64,000 bases of DNA from NCBI GenBank assembly GCA_008632985.1, contig QPGO01000146.1, positions 62,001 to 126,000 on the forward strand, read 5' to 3'. Below the pieces are notes generated by a model. It did not search any database. It was not told the origin of the DNA and saw nothing but the letters and a program-made list of their open reading frames with translations. Positions 12,440 to 24,630 of the stretch are shown one piece after another (positions within the stretch are counted from its first letter, which is position 1; every line of letters begins with the position of its first letter). Source of the DNA: Psammoneis japonica. Taxonomy: Eukaryota. Both the position numbers and the translations under genes were made by a program.

Positions 12440-13267
12440 ATGTCGACCGAAGAAACTACTTTTATCATTTATGGCATGCCGGGTTCTCAATACACGGCCA
12501 AGGTGTTGTGTGCGTTGGATTCTAAAAAGATTCCTCATTCAGTCGTGTTTGTCGACCTGGATCCATCCAAACGTCAACTGCCATCGGGTGGAACCATGGT
12601 TCCAGAATTGCAAGTCTTGCACAACAACAAAACATCCATTGCCATTGTACCCGACAGTGAATCAATTTTGCATTGGTTCCAAGACAACTTGTCAAATATT
12701 AACTTTTTTCCAACGCCTCAAACCAGTGACGTGTCGCTGCGTGCGGGAAACGGAGTCTTGGCGGGTGCCGTCTTGTATTACAATTGGGTCCATCCAGAGG
12801 GATACCAACAAAGCATGCACGTTTCCTTGGGAAAGGCCTTGCCGTCGTTTGTGTTTGTGTTTCGGTCCTACATTATTGACTACTTTGCAAGGGATGCGAG
12901 AAGGTCCTTTCGAATCAAGTCTGCCGAGTTGCTAGGCTTTGATTTGAACGACACGAAACAGAGGGAACAATTTGAAAACGAAAGTGTGGTTCATACAATG
13001 CTCGTCAAGGAACTGGAGTACTTTCAATCGCTCCTCTCGAGTAACGAGTCGTCGTACATGCTGTCACAAAAGGAGCCGACGGCAGCCGACTTTTCCATTT
13101 ATGCTCAAGTGGAACGTCTAGTGGGAACCATGGGTGACGTCCATGTCCCATGTTCCTTGCCGTCTCTCAAAATTGAGCCATCTTTGAAGCAATTCTGGAA
13201 ATGGCTCGAGGTGATGCAGCAAGAGCATCCAATACGATTCAAGGGAAAGCGAGCAAAAAAGATGTGA
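12440..13267 (+). CDS. Glutathione S-transferase-fold protein
   Basis: N-terminal thioredoxin-like SQYTAKV...MVPEL...DSESIL and C-terminal EPTAADFSIYAQV motif. Confidence 0.75.
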   Translation: MSTEETTFIIYGMPGSQYTAKVLCALDSKKIPHSVVFVDLDPSKRQLPSGGTMVPELQVLHNNKTSIAIVPDSESILHWFQDNLSNINFFPTPQTSDVSLRAGNGVLAGAVLYYNWVHPEGYQQSMHVSLGKALPSFVFVFRSYIIDYFARDARRSFRIKSAELLGFDLNDTKQREQFENESVVHTMLVKELEYFQSLLSSNESSYMLSQKEPTAADFSIYAQVERLVGTMGDVHVPCSLPSLKIEPSLKQFWKWLEVMQQEHPIRFKGKRAKKM

Positions 13268-13319
13268 CGATGCGCTGAAACTATAGCACAACAAAACGCA
13301 AGTCAAGCACTTTCTATAT

Positions 13320-14147
13320 TCAAAAGAAATCATCTTCCAAATCCTTCTTGTTGCTTTTTTGCATTTCTTTCCAATCGTCGTCATCTTGCAAGACTTGCAG
13401 AAATTGACTTCGTAACGGTTCCTGATGAAGCAGCTCGGTGTGCACATAGAGCGGAACACCCTTGGCCAATATATTGCAAAAGGGACGAATCGATGTCGAA
13501 GGCGGCTTGGACAAGTCCGTGCTGGGATCAAACACAGTTTCGACAACCATTCCAAAGACATTGCGTGTGGTGGCCTTGATGAGGCATTTCTTTTCAACAA
13601 TCGTTGTTTCTTCGTCTTGTTTCAATTCGGGGTCGTCTGTACTACTATGTTCCTTTACATAATGACATTTTCGAACTACAACCTTCTCCAACGTGTGTAC
13701 ATACGGAGAAAAGCAAAAACTCATGGCAAGGGTGGAACCGGTTGCCGCCAAGAGTGCTGTACCACCCACGAGGAATTGTCCCGACACGGGTACTGTGCTG
13801 GCGGCGGCATTGACACTCATGACGGCGGGAATCCCAACCAGACTCACAAGGGCCGTCGATATCGATACTCGCTTGAGGCGCAAAGTCAATGTAGCAAAGG
13901 GTCCTTCGTATAGAATTTCATTTTCGGTGCTGCTCGAGTAGTTATCGGTACCAAAGCGACGAATAATCGCTGGGTATGATGATACTTGCGGTCGGGGACT
14001 GCTCCAAAAGCACGGGCGAGCAGTGGGAAACGAGGCAAAACTTGTTGGGCGTGTCTCGATGGCTCTCAATCCCAGTCTTTGCATACAGCAAGAATAACCC
14101 GATATTCTTGTACCTTGTCGAGCGATAATCATTGTGGTTGTAGCCAT
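13320..14147 (-). CDS. TMEM70-like mitochondrial membrane protein
   Basis: Arg/Ser-rich presequence, LYEGPFATLTLRLKRVSIST, two hydrophobic helices followed by PYVHTL. Confidence 0.6.
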   Translation of the reverse strand: MATTTMIIARQGTRISGYSCCMQRLGLRAIETRPTSFASFPTARPCFWSSPRPQVSSYPAIIRRFGTDNYSSSTENEILYEGPFATLTLRLKRVSISTALVSLVGIPAVMSVNAAASTVPVSGQFLVGGTALLAATGSTLAMSFCFSPYVHTLEKVVVRKCHYVKEHSSTDDPELKQDEETTIVEKKCLIKATTRNVFGMVVETVFDPSTDLSKPPSTSIRPFCNILAKGVPLYVHTELLHQEPLRSQFLQVLQDDDDWKEMQKSNKKDLEDDFF

Positions 14148-14579
14148 TGTAGCAGTTTCTCAAAGCAAAACAGTGCAATTCCGCAACGGACGGCTCCGCC
14201 TCATTTTTGTTGGCGCAAGCTTTGTGGCGCGCGTGGTGACCGAGCTTGTTTGCTTGCGCCAAACACAGCTGACGTCACCAAAGAATCAGTAGAGTACAAA
14301 AATCTAAACGCCATAAATGATTTTTCTTGCGTCGTCCCCCCGTAGAAAGCAACGTGATTTTGTACCACGACATGGGTCAGCTGTCGGCATTCGTTTTCAT
14401 TTTCGGCGGGGCGGTGTGACACCTCATTCATGTCATTCTTGACAGCAGCCAGCGACATGACAAGAGGTGAAGGATAGCAGGATAGCCATGGGCACTCCAA
14501 CTATACTCGCTCGAACAAATGGCCGTATGGTATCAAGGCGTTTCTACTTGCGCTTGCACTGACCGCTACAAACAATTCA

Positions 14580-15764
14580 GTGTGCGCATTTGTTCCCTGT
14601 GCTGACACCAAGTTGCAAACAACTGTTCCCATTCCTACAACCATCTCCAGTACACGAGAGAATGATCAACGAGGCCGACACAACTCCTTATGTGCTTCGA
14701 ATGATTTTCGAGAGCCCGCCGGTGCGGAATCTATATTTTCCATTCGACGGAGGAACAAACGGCGAAAATCAAAATGGCGTAAACGAATCCGAAATTTGCT
14801 TCGTCGAAGAAACAAGTGTGTTGAGGATGAGGATGAGCTTTATTGTTGGGACGACAATGACGATGTGCAACAGACACGAAAACAACTTGTTCTTCCGTCC
14901 TGGGCATTTACAAGCGCGGAAGAAGAGCAGCGATTGGCAGCCATGAAATACTTGCTTCAAGATGATTTAGAAGAACTCGTCGACTCCAAGCTGGTGCTTG
15001 TCAATGGCAAGTCGGTTCCGGTTCGGACGGCTTTTCCCGATGTCTATAGTGATTTTAGATTGTTGAGATTTCTTCGCAAAGATCGCAATCAAGAGCCGGT
15101 ATCCGCCGCAGCGCGGTATCGGAAATTCCTAAAGTGGAGAAACAAGTACAAGGTGGATGAACGGGTCCGTGCCTTGGTGCAAGAGGCTCCCTTTGAGCCT
15201 CCACCAAGAATCAAAATTGTGGGTGACTACATCAAGACGGACTTTAACGTGCAAACATTGCATGAAAATGACGAAAACGGTGAGACGATTCCTGCGTTGC
15301 TGCTTGTGGGTGAATGGGATATGGCTGGCATTACCAGAATCATGAAACAAGGAGAAATGTCGTTGGACGAGTTTCTGCAGTACTGGACGTACATGTATGA
15401 GTCACTCCATGCCAAGTTATACAAGGAATCCATGAAGCGCAAGAAAATGATGTATATTGATGAGATTTGTGATTTGACCACATCCCATCTTGGGCAGCTC
15501 AGTCCTGGCTTTTTCTCGGTCGTCATCAAGCCGTGGATTACCATGACCCAAGCCAACTACGCCGAAACCGCCAAGCACATTTGCTTTTTGAATCCACCAC
15601 GAATCTTATCCATTGGATGGGCCTTGGTGGCTCCTCTTGTGAATGCCAACACGGCGGAAAAGATCCGGTTGCATCCCAATTTTGACGGAGATTCTCACGA
15701 CTTTGTCAAACAAACAACCAGCGAGCACCGGGGGAGTGGGACCGTACTATCTTATGAAAAGTAG
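14580..15764 (+). CDS. CRAL-TRIO/Sec14-like lipid-binding protein; true start probably slightly upstream
   Basis: DFRLLRFLRK...YRKFLKWR N-domain; ICDL, QANYAET...FLNPP...WALVAPLV...TAEKI; in-frame upstream FLLALALTATNNSVCAFVP resembles a signal peptide with an AF cleavage motif. Confidence 0.8.
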   Translation: MCAFVPCADTKLQTTVPIPTTISSTRENDQRGRHNSLCASNDFREPAGAESIFSIRRRNKRRKSKWRKRIRNLLRRRNKCVEDEDELYCWDDNDDVQQTRKQLVLPSWAFTSAEEEQRLAAMKYLLQDDLEELVDSKLVLVNGKSVPVRTAFPDVYSDFRLLRFLRKDRNQEPVSAAARYRKFLKWRNKYKVDERVRALVQEAPFEPPPRIKIVGDYIKTDFNVQTLHENDENGETIPALLLVGEWDMAGITRIMKQGEMSLDEFLQYWTYMYESLHAKLYKESMKRKKMMYIDEICDLTTSHLGQLSPGFFSVVIKPWITMTQANYAETAKHICFLNPPRILSIGWALVAPLVNANTAEKIRLHPNFDGDSHDFVKQTTSEHRGSGTVLSYEK

Positions 15765-16050
15765 CTTGTTTGAGCAAATAAACTAACTCATACGTAACAT
15801 AGGCTCCTTCAAACGCAGTGTGTTTGTTCGTCAGAATAACAATGGAGCCTTGCCGCACGAGCACTTAAATCCAACCGCCTAATTCTGAAAAAAGAGCACA
15901 GCTCGATGAAACTCGGAAGATCACAAAAAGATTCGCGCTCGCACAAATTCAAGATACCCTTGACACCTTTTCTGAAGATTTGAAGACTGGAGGAGAGGAG
16001 GCTAACCAAGCACCATCGGTCTTCGATCCCTTACTTTTATGCATTTCAAC

Positions 16051-17090
16051 ATGACTCGCAGCTTCTTGATCCTCGCAGCTCTTGCCTTGGCCGGCATGGC
16101 GAGTGCAAAAACGCCAACGACGTTTGTCCCGCGCACTTCTTCTGTGAACAACAAGGCGCTTGCGGTGCGAGGTGGAGGTATCGACCCTGCCGACGTTGCC
16201 AAAGCGGGAACGCTTCTCGCTGGTACCCATGCAACCCTGACTCTCATGTCACCCTCTCGAACGGCTGGCTTGTATGGAGTGGAAAGCACCCCCATGACTG
16301 ATTTTCTTTCGCAGTGGCAGGGCATTGTAGTCTTGGGCTTTTGCCTTCAAGCTTGGGAAATGATTGTGAAGGGTTCGGAATTCAAAAAGGCTGTAGCGAT
16401 CAGTCAAATTCCATCGTAAGTGTACTATAATTTGTCCATACTTTATTATTGTTACACTATCTCACAGGCGTTGCTCTCAACAGTTTCATTATGCAGTACA
16501 AGACTTTCTGGAACGAGGATCATAAGAAGCTTGGATACAAGCTGGGTCCCCAGTTTATTGGAGCGATCCTTTGTCCCCTTGTTCTCTATGTTGCTACCAA
16601 CGATGGGCCCTACACGGATGTCGTTCTCAAGCTTGTGGCTGTGTACGGTCTTATTTCAGGCGTACTGTCAGCGTTTGCTCCAGACACAGCCTGTGATGGA
16701 TACGGAGTGGAAGCCACACCCGAAAACAAAGCCAGCTTGAAGTATCTTGGGTATCTCTGTCTCGGTTCTTCCTTGTTTTACGCGCTCAATCTATTTACTG
16801 ACGTGGACACAATCAAGGCGTTTGGTAGGTGTCTCTTGGATTTAGTCTTTTCGTCTCTTGCGTGCATCTCACGAGTTTTTCGCCTTTGCCGTTTTCATCA
16901 TGTCCACAATTCAGGTTATTCGTGGATTCCTGTCTTGATTATGCAGGTTAGCAACAACTTTATCACCAAAGAGAGCCATGCCAAAGGTCCATCCTATGCT
17001 TGGATGCTTGTCGATGCTATTATTGTAGGAGTATGTGGATTCATGAACTCGGGTGGCGGAGCTGCTCCACCCGTCACGCCGTCCGCATAG
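16051..17090 (+). CDS. Signal-peptide, multi-pass membrane protein of unknown function, probably 3 exons
   Basis: MTRSFLILAALALAGMASA signal, LAVRGG motif, two related halves (TAGLYGVESTP and ACDGYGVEATP); candidate introns near 16416-16467 and 16825-16914, phases not fully resolved. Confidence 0.6.
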
Positions 17091-17529
17091 ACTTGTGGTT
17101 GGTCAAATTCGGAAGAAAAGGGATTGAACGGGATGAACTGCTTTTGGGGACACCGTCTTTATTGTTGTAAAATGTTTTACGAATTGGACAATAGTGTAGT
17201 TAGTATCGTACAAACTTCCCGGCGCCCATTACTTCTACTTCTCTCAAAGCTATGCGTAAAAAACGTTGTTGGTAAAAGTTATTGGACATGGGAAGCAAGA
17301 ACGTCATCAGCGAGATTTTCAATCTGACATTTCAAATATTTCAGAAAAAAATGCTAACGAGCATGCTCGTGAATGAGGAAGGGTGGGAGCTCCGTGTCAC
17401 GTAATGTCATTACGCATGATTTCCACAATTTTACAGTCGAGACCTTCTCTGCGTCGATCAGAGTTGTCAATTTTCCGAATCGAGAAGCTCTGAGGAACTA
17501 AACACATTTACGCAAGTTTCAGCAATGTA

Positions 17530-19908
17530 GTCTTCCATGGCTTGCCTGTGTTTGCCTCATTGCAGTGTTTTTTTGTCAAAGGAAGAGATGTGAGTTGACC
17601 ATGCTGGAAACTGCTTTCCACCATTGGAGTGGCAACCAGTGTGGATGTCAAGTGCTTCATTTGTCAAGTGGAACCCCAGATCAAATCTTCGTCCTCTTTC
17701 TCATGAACAGTGCTGGTGTGAACCATCTTGAAACACACAGAGAGCTGCGAGCCGGGAAATTTTTCAAGTTGGTGCAGTTGGAGCTGATGCCTCAACTGCG
17801 CTGTGTGTGCTCAATGTGAGCTCGTGGAAGCTCTGAGTTGACAAGCTTTCCAAAAAGCAGAGACTCCCTTGTTGGTGAAAGGATTGTCACGTGCCCAACC
17901 TGCACCAATGCAAGCTGATCCTTGTGCTGCAAAGCCGGCTGTTGACAGCAATGTCAACTTTCCATGTTTGCAACACATGCTCTTGCTTTGGACAAGAACA
18001 AGATCCATCAACAAGAGTCAAAGTGCTGTTCAGAAGAACAAGGTGACATGAGGTCACCACGGCAGCACAAGATTGACCTTGCAATGCCCAACAACAGCTC
18101 TTGAAATCTCATCTGGGGTTTGCCAGATGTGCTGTCAGCAATGTCCTCTGCTGCTGGCAGTTGTCAGGTTGGCAGTTGGTGCCACCATCATGGGATCCTT
18201 TCACTCTGGAGTTGGGAAACTCAAGTTTGCTGCTGCCAGGCAGGAATGAGGCAACATGGGAGTGCAACACCACACAACCAGTCTTGCAGTTCCCAACAAC
18301 ACCTCTCAAAAGTGCCACCTGAGGTCTGCCAGATGCTGCCAACAAAATCCTCAGCTTGCTGTTGTTGGGTTGGTTGGTGGGACTGGTGCTCCTCTCGTGG
18401 GGTCCTCAGACTCTGGAATTTGGAAACTCAAGTCTGCTCCTGCCAAACATGGCTTGCATGTGCATTTGCCTTGGTTGCAACTCTTTCATTGAATGAAGAG
18501 ATTTGAGTCACCCATGGTGGGAAGTGCTTTTTTCCCTTTCGGAGTTGCAGCTGGTGTGGATGTCAATCATTGCATTCATCAAGTGGGGCATCAAATCTTT
18601 GTTGTCTTTCTCATGAACAACACTGGCGTGAACTGTCTTGAAAGAGCATGCTTGACATTTTTCCAAGTTCAGCACAGTTGAGAGTCAATGCCCCAACCAT
18701 TGTTTGTGTGTTCAACGCAAGCTTTTAGAATCTCTGTGTTGACAAGCTTTCAAGAAAATGCCCTTGGGGCTAAAAAGATTGTCAGCTTCCCAACCTTTAA
18801 GCCAACAATGCAACATGCCAGCCAGTCTTTTCATTTTGCAAAGCCAGCTGCTGACAATTGACGACGTCACGTCCAGACACCACCAGGAGATTCTGGCTGT
18901 TTTCTGTTCATGCTGGACTTTGTGTTGTGGACAGCATGGGCAATGCTGATGTTGTGAAAGCTGTCAAGTTGACATTGAGAAAACACTGACAAGGCCAAAG
19001 AGTTGCCAAGCTTGGTGCACACAGCACAAGGCACCGTTGCCAACTTTGAGGCAATGCAAGTTTTTTGGACCCAAGCTGGACAAGCACTGGCTGTTCTTTT
19101 GGTTCAAAAGAGGGGTGTGTTCCAAACAGTCTGACACTTGACAATTTGCAAGACCTGACAGTGACCTTTGGGATCCCAGGCTTGATGCCATGATGGCAGG
19201 CTGCGATGATGCAACGATGCTCTCTTTTTGCACAGGGGGGGCAGGAAGAGCAGCACGTGCCTTGCTTGTGAGTCCCAAGGCTGTCTTTTTTATGTTGCAG
19301 AAGCACCTCCCAGTTTGCAAAGCTTGGCACTGGTGCAGTGCTTCCTCCTGCCTGACACTCTTTCTCTTGCTCTCTGCTCCACCAGCATGATGCAAGGAGA
19401 CAATCAGCTGCCAAATTGTTCTTGGTGTTCACACCCGATCGCCGATCTCGCACGAAAACGAGAACACCAAGCACAGTGATCAAAGCATGACGATGATCAC
19501 AATCATCAACATTTCTCAAAAATGCAGCATTTCATGCACAAACTTTTCATGTGTGTGAGATCTTTGATGCATGAAGAGCACAAAACAATGAGAGTTGGTG
19601 TGCGGACTGCCTCCGTCTCACAGTCTTGTGGCTTGCTGTTTTTCACCACGGTGAAGCACAGTGAAATTCAGGAAAAATGATGCAAAAAACAAGCTGTTTG
19701 GCTGAATTCGAGCTGAAAATGTGGCAGCCGACCATCCTCAAGTGGTGCACATTTGTGTTGCGCTGCTTTTTGTGCTTGTTGTTGACTTGCAAAGGTGTGT
19801 GTGACACAGTGCCCGCAAGCAAATTGTGGTTGTCATTGGTGCTGTGCACACACACACAGAAGTTGGTCTTCTTGTGGGGCCCTTCTGCTCTGCCGGTGCT
19901 GTGCTCTG
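17530..19908. other. TpA-depleted hypermutated domain B, with internal diverged duplications; origin not identified
   Basis: About 4 TA seen by eye in roughly 2.4 kb; 17641-17890 resembles 18557-18784, and 18195-18240 resembles 18402-18447. Confidence 0.85.
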
Positions 19909-20802
19909 CTCTACTCTAGAGCAGCTACGGCAGCTGGCAGCTAACTAGAGTAGAGAGCAGAGAGAAAACTTGCTGGCATGCGACTCGTTCGACCAGACTC
20001 GATTCTCGCCGATAATGACGTCGCTCTCGACATTTTTGGTAGGAACACACACGCACGACCAGTCAGACAACAAAATTGGCAGATCCACATCGGCGCGTCG
20101 ACGTTAAATTCGCTTTCAGAACGGTATACAAATTTATATTGTAAGTACGTTGTAGCTTGCCGTTGTGCCACAAGAAAAGCCCGCCCAAAAAATCAGAAAA
20201 ATAAACTATTTAGCCACAAATATATTAAAAATCAATTATGGAAATAGACATCTTCGTTGGGTTTAATGTATCATATATTTTCAGTATGGTTCAACAAGAT
20301 GACAAACATGGGAATAACAGCAACAATTCTCCGTTGAAAATCAAACAGTAAATCTGCATCCTCCCTTTCAACCATATTACATTTTTTAAATTATATTTAA
20401 CTTTATTCTCGAATACGTTGAATAGTCCGGCAGGTATGCCAAAATTCCGAAAACCATCGAAATCACGCCTCCCACAAACACCCCACTGCCACGTTGTTCA
20501 CTCATTTACTTCTCATAATCCAGACGCACCTCTCATTTTATCAGTCTCAAGAGGTGAGTAAGGGTCTGCCAACATGGCTTGATGCCTCATGGTTGCACTT
20601 GTGCATTATCCATTCTGTCTCTTGCGTGGGATCAGTGGAGGATTGGGAGAGCTGTGGGAACGGCGACGGCGTTTGCGGAGAGGTCATGACGGTCATGGCG
20701 AGCGCGCACCTCTCTGCTCAGGTTGAGAACTTTTGTGGATTGAAGAATACTTGACCTCACTGATGTTTCTTGTTGCCTCTCATTCTCCTTAGAAATTACA
20801 AA

Positions 20803-21063
20803 ATGAAGTTGTCAATTGTATGCATGATGGCGTTGATCGCCGCAGTTATGGGAGTCGAAGATTGCAGGAGAAGCGGCCCAGCTGAGAGGGGCGGACAGCC
20901 CTCTGTTGAGAGAGGTGAGTGGACGATGTTGTATCGATTCCAAGGAGGTACTGTGCGATGCTAACATGTTTGCTTCTTCGTCTTTTCTCCGCAGTTGGTT
21001 GAAGAAGACGCTCAGTTCTGGGACCGAATGTTGGATAGCCATGTTTCGATGTCCATGTCGTAA
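20803..21063 (+). CDS. Probable small secreted propeptide ending FWDRMLDSHVSMSMS; intron 20915-20994; exon 1 needs frame correction
   Basis: Signal peptide MKLSIVCMMALIAAVMG; donor GTGAGT, branch GCTAAC, acceptor TTTTCTCCGCAG; exon 2 reads LVEEDAQFWDRMLDSHVSMSMS then TAA; probable 5' UTR intron ending at 20792. Confidence 0.5.
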
Positions 21064-22205
21064 GCGGATGTTTTGTGGCGTGTTAGAGAATATCAATTAC
21101 TTTTGGTTAGAGGACTTTTGGTTGGAGGACTTCTGTCGTGAGGAGGGCTCTGTCGTGAGGAATGCTGCTGCAAGCAACTGTTCCGACGTGCATCCTTTGT
21201 GCAACCTTACGAGCAGGATCAATGTGAACGAGTGGACAGCGTTAGTTGTTTCACTCTGTATCTTTCACTAAACTGTGGCTGCTCGCTTTAGGCGAGTAGA
21301 ACGCGAGAGTCTTATGTAGATTCTGAACTTTTGAAATGTGTATTATCTTTGGACTGTTGATCTCCCCTAGATAGATTAGTTTGGCACGGGGTTCACTCCA
21401 CTCGTATCTCAATGTTCGATTCAGCTACAGTACTTCTATTCTCGAACTATCGTAGTCTAACTGCCATAGCGAGCAGCGGAAGATTGCGGCCGGATGGTAG
21501 ACTAACAAGACTCGATGATGTGCCGGTGAGCGAGAGTGTGCATGCGTGTGTATGCACCGTGCTCGCGTCACCAACAAATGCGGTATTCGGATCTGTTCGT
21601 TTTTCATGTATTCGTCATGCATACGTCATTCGCATTGTTCAGCGGGCGGCCGGCGGGCGGGGGGATGGAACCGTGCGTGGTTTCAGGTACATAGAAGTGC
21701 GCAGAACATACAGTGCATGCTATTGCTTAGTCTAGTTAGCAATTGTAAGTAGCTACTCTTCAACTACATGCAGAGGGCTAGCTGATGGTTTCGTTGTATC
21801 CATAGCTGGTGCAATGAGCTTTATCTGCACAGCATGCAGGCGGTCATAATTTCAAATGACAGACTACTAAAGGAACTATTCAGGGATCAGTCCGAAATGG
21901 GCACTTTTTCCTCTCTCTTTAATGCTTGTTATCTCCAAGAATATCTCAACCGTCACTATACAAAATACATCACAAATCTGCTCCCGGCAGCAACACTCGT
22001 GCAATTTGTCGCTTTTGAGCTCTTGATAGTAGCACTCTTGCCCACATCATCCACCATTCCATGCATCTGTACTGGGCTTGTGACGTCGACGATAGGCTCA
22101 CAATAAAGGGAACTACAAACCTTGTAGAACCCAGATGATATTGACCGTTCAAGCAACCGGAGGGTTCAATAACGGTGAAAACCTGTTGAATGCCGTTCCT
22201 TCAAT

Positions 22206-23169
22206 TCATCTAGTTTTGTTGTTTGAGAGACACATGACGGTGGTTATAGGCCGTTCGCACTTGAATCGAACCAGATCCATGCATGTAGGAAAGTTTAAAA
22301 CCTTTCCATCCTGAACAAATGTTGAGGAACCGCCGCCATCCAGATTAATGGCGTGTTGCGCGCCCAACGATACGAACAAGGCTGCCAACTGTGATATTGT
22401 AAGACCTCTATGTTTGGCACAAGACTATGGCGAGGAGAAAAATTAGAGAAGAACTCTTTACAAATGAGGGAAATTCTGAGTACCAAAAGTATCTGCATCA
22501 CGTACCATCGTTCACAACCATCGACTACCAAAATCATAACTTGTCCCTTTTCGTCTAGTCCGATTGCAGTTCTTGCAGCTTTTTCCGCGCCAGTATCGTT
22601 ATCTTTTATTGGTACAGCTTTTCCATTGTAAACTAGCCAACCAAAGCCAGTCACAAACTCCTGTAAACCCAAAACTTGAGTAGCTTCTGTTTGATTCTCA
22701 ACTCCACCGAGAATCCACTCTTGTGGAGAACGCCCAAATCCAATCAGGGACGATGAGAATTGAGATGACACTACGTTATCGTTGGACACGACACCACCAA
22801 AACAACCACCGTGTATATAACTTTGAAAGGGTCCTCCATTGGTGGCAACATGGCACGAATTACGTCGAGCTTGTACAGACGTTTTCTTGACAGCGTTGCA
22901 CGTAGTTCCGTGCGGTACTAGACACGACCACGAAAAAGGATTGTTACTCGTCACCAAGTAACCCGAAGCTTTTGATTGTCAATCTCTAAATTGTCAAGTA
23001 CAGTCACGTTAATGTCGGTTGCCTCTGGTGTTGTTGGCAGAGGAACCCTGACCAATCGTGGAGGCGATGATGAAACGTCATGTCGTCTTCGTAGCGAAGT
23101 CGTCGGTCGAAATTGAAGCAGGCCCAGAAAGAACAAAAGGAAAATGTACAGTTCCCTTCTCTCAATCAT
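22206..23169 (-). CDS. Phosphodiester glycosidase family (NAGPA-like) secreted protein; one intron near 22410-22505 and an apparent frameshift near 22955
   Basis: ATNGGPF, AARTAIG...ILVVDG, AINLDGGGSST, CERPITTVMC; N-terminal signal peptide in ORF 22951-23169. Confidence 0.8.
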
Positions 23170-23400
23170 GTTTGTCTTTATTGTGTAGCCTCAAGATGTT
23201 TTGTGATATTTCGATGCGGGATGCAATTCACCATCTCATTGCGGAGCCGCGGCAGAAGATGACCCTCGCAGATCGCAGAATTTTGAAACTGTCAAATCTC
23301 CCTCCAACAGATATACTGTATACAGTATTTAATATTTTTGATACAGGAGCTTGCGCCTCATTTTTCTTTCCAGAGGCTACGCTTCTTCAAGCGTGACAAC

Positions 23401-23952
23401 ATGGCGGCGGCAGCAGCAGCAGCTCCAGAAACGTGTGCGGCGAGACCACCCAGTTTACATGTACTTCGTCTACACGAGAGTCCCATTCGAAACGAGGATG
23501 ATTATGAGCGCTTCTCTTGGCAATGGATTTTAAAGAACAACAATAATCAAGATACCACCACGATTCAACCAGGTGATTTGTTGTGCTTTCCCGAGCTCTT
23601 TTCCGGCGCGGGTGAATTTGAAGGTTTGCGATTTGTCGGAGCTCCAAATGATGATGATCAAGCGGATGATGAGTTGCCTCTTTGGAGCGCGGGTATTGAA
23701 GCACCCGTCTTTCCAGCACGAATTTTAGAGATGCAACCCGAAGGAACAACGCTACGAAACAATTATGAGGGGCACTTCAATACCGTGTTGAGTGAATATC
23801 ATGGCGGAATGTCTCTGGAGGATTTGTTTGGAGGAGAGGACGTTGTGGAAGAGTTTTGGCAATCGCCCGACTTGGCTCGTCGTAAGAAGGCAAGCGAAGA
23901 AAAGTGGTACATCCCCTTGGAACAGTGTACCATTGAAAAGAGCTTCAACTGA
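23401..23952 (+). CDS. Hypothetical protein (about 183 aa)
   Basis: Uninterrupted ORF from ATG 23401 with ordinary composition; no motif recognised. Confidence 0.55.
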   Translation: MAAAAAAAPETCAARPPSLHVLRLHESPIRNEDDYERFSWQWILKNNNNQDTTTIQPGDLLCFPELFSGAGEFEGLRFVGAPNDDDQADDELPLWSAGIEAPVFPARILEMQPEGTTLRNNYEGHFNTVLSEYHGGMSLEDLFGGEDVVEEFWQSPDLARRKKASEEKWYIPLEQCTIEKSFN

Positions 23953-24291
23953 AATGGTCTATGAACACAGTGAACTATAAAGTTGCGAGCTAATGTTACT
24001 ATCCAAAGTTAGAATAGTTATTGCAGTACAATAAACTTGATATGCTCGTTTTGCGCAAAGTTTGACGGAATGCCAAATGCATGATACGATCATACCAGCC
24101 ATTTTTTCTCCAGGTAGGAGAAAGCCTCATCTGAGCTCCAGGGCGCTGTGTTCCGGGTGGATTTGAAACCTTTAAAGTGACTCGTTCAATGCTAGGTTCC
24201 TCTACCGGTAGGCATTTATATTGCTTTTCCTTCGTATTCGTATGACTGTTTGTGCGACTTGCGCCTTACTAGATTGTACGAAAGTTCCCTA

Positions 24292-24630
24292 ACAATTCAA
24301 TTGCTTGCGATTTCTATTATTGGACCTCTATCTTGTTGCAAAATTAGAACTCTATCTGGTTGCTACCTTTGCGCTTACCATCTTGTGATCGCTCATCGGA
24401 ATATACGCCATCCTTGCTAGTCATGTTCGAAGCAAAGTCCTGAGTCTTCATTGCTGTGGAGCTGTGACTTAGTAGCAGTTAGATGAACGCACTCGACAAT
24501 TCAATTGTACGAGGTTTCTATTTCGAGTTCTATCGTGTTGCTAATCTCATACTAACCATCTTGTGGTGATCGCTCACCGGAATTGACGCCATCATTGGTA
24601 GTCATGTGCGCAGCAAAGTCACGTGTATCA
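24292..24630. repeat. Diverged tandem duplication of the last codons and 3' flank of the DUF6824 gene
   Basis: accatcttgtgatcgctcatcggaatatacgccatccttgctagtcatgttcgaagcaaagtc (about 24377-24440) vs accatcttgtggtgatcgctcaccggaattgacgccatcattggtagtcatgtgcgcagcaaagtc (about 24555-24620); acaattcaattg precedes both. Confidence 0.75.
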
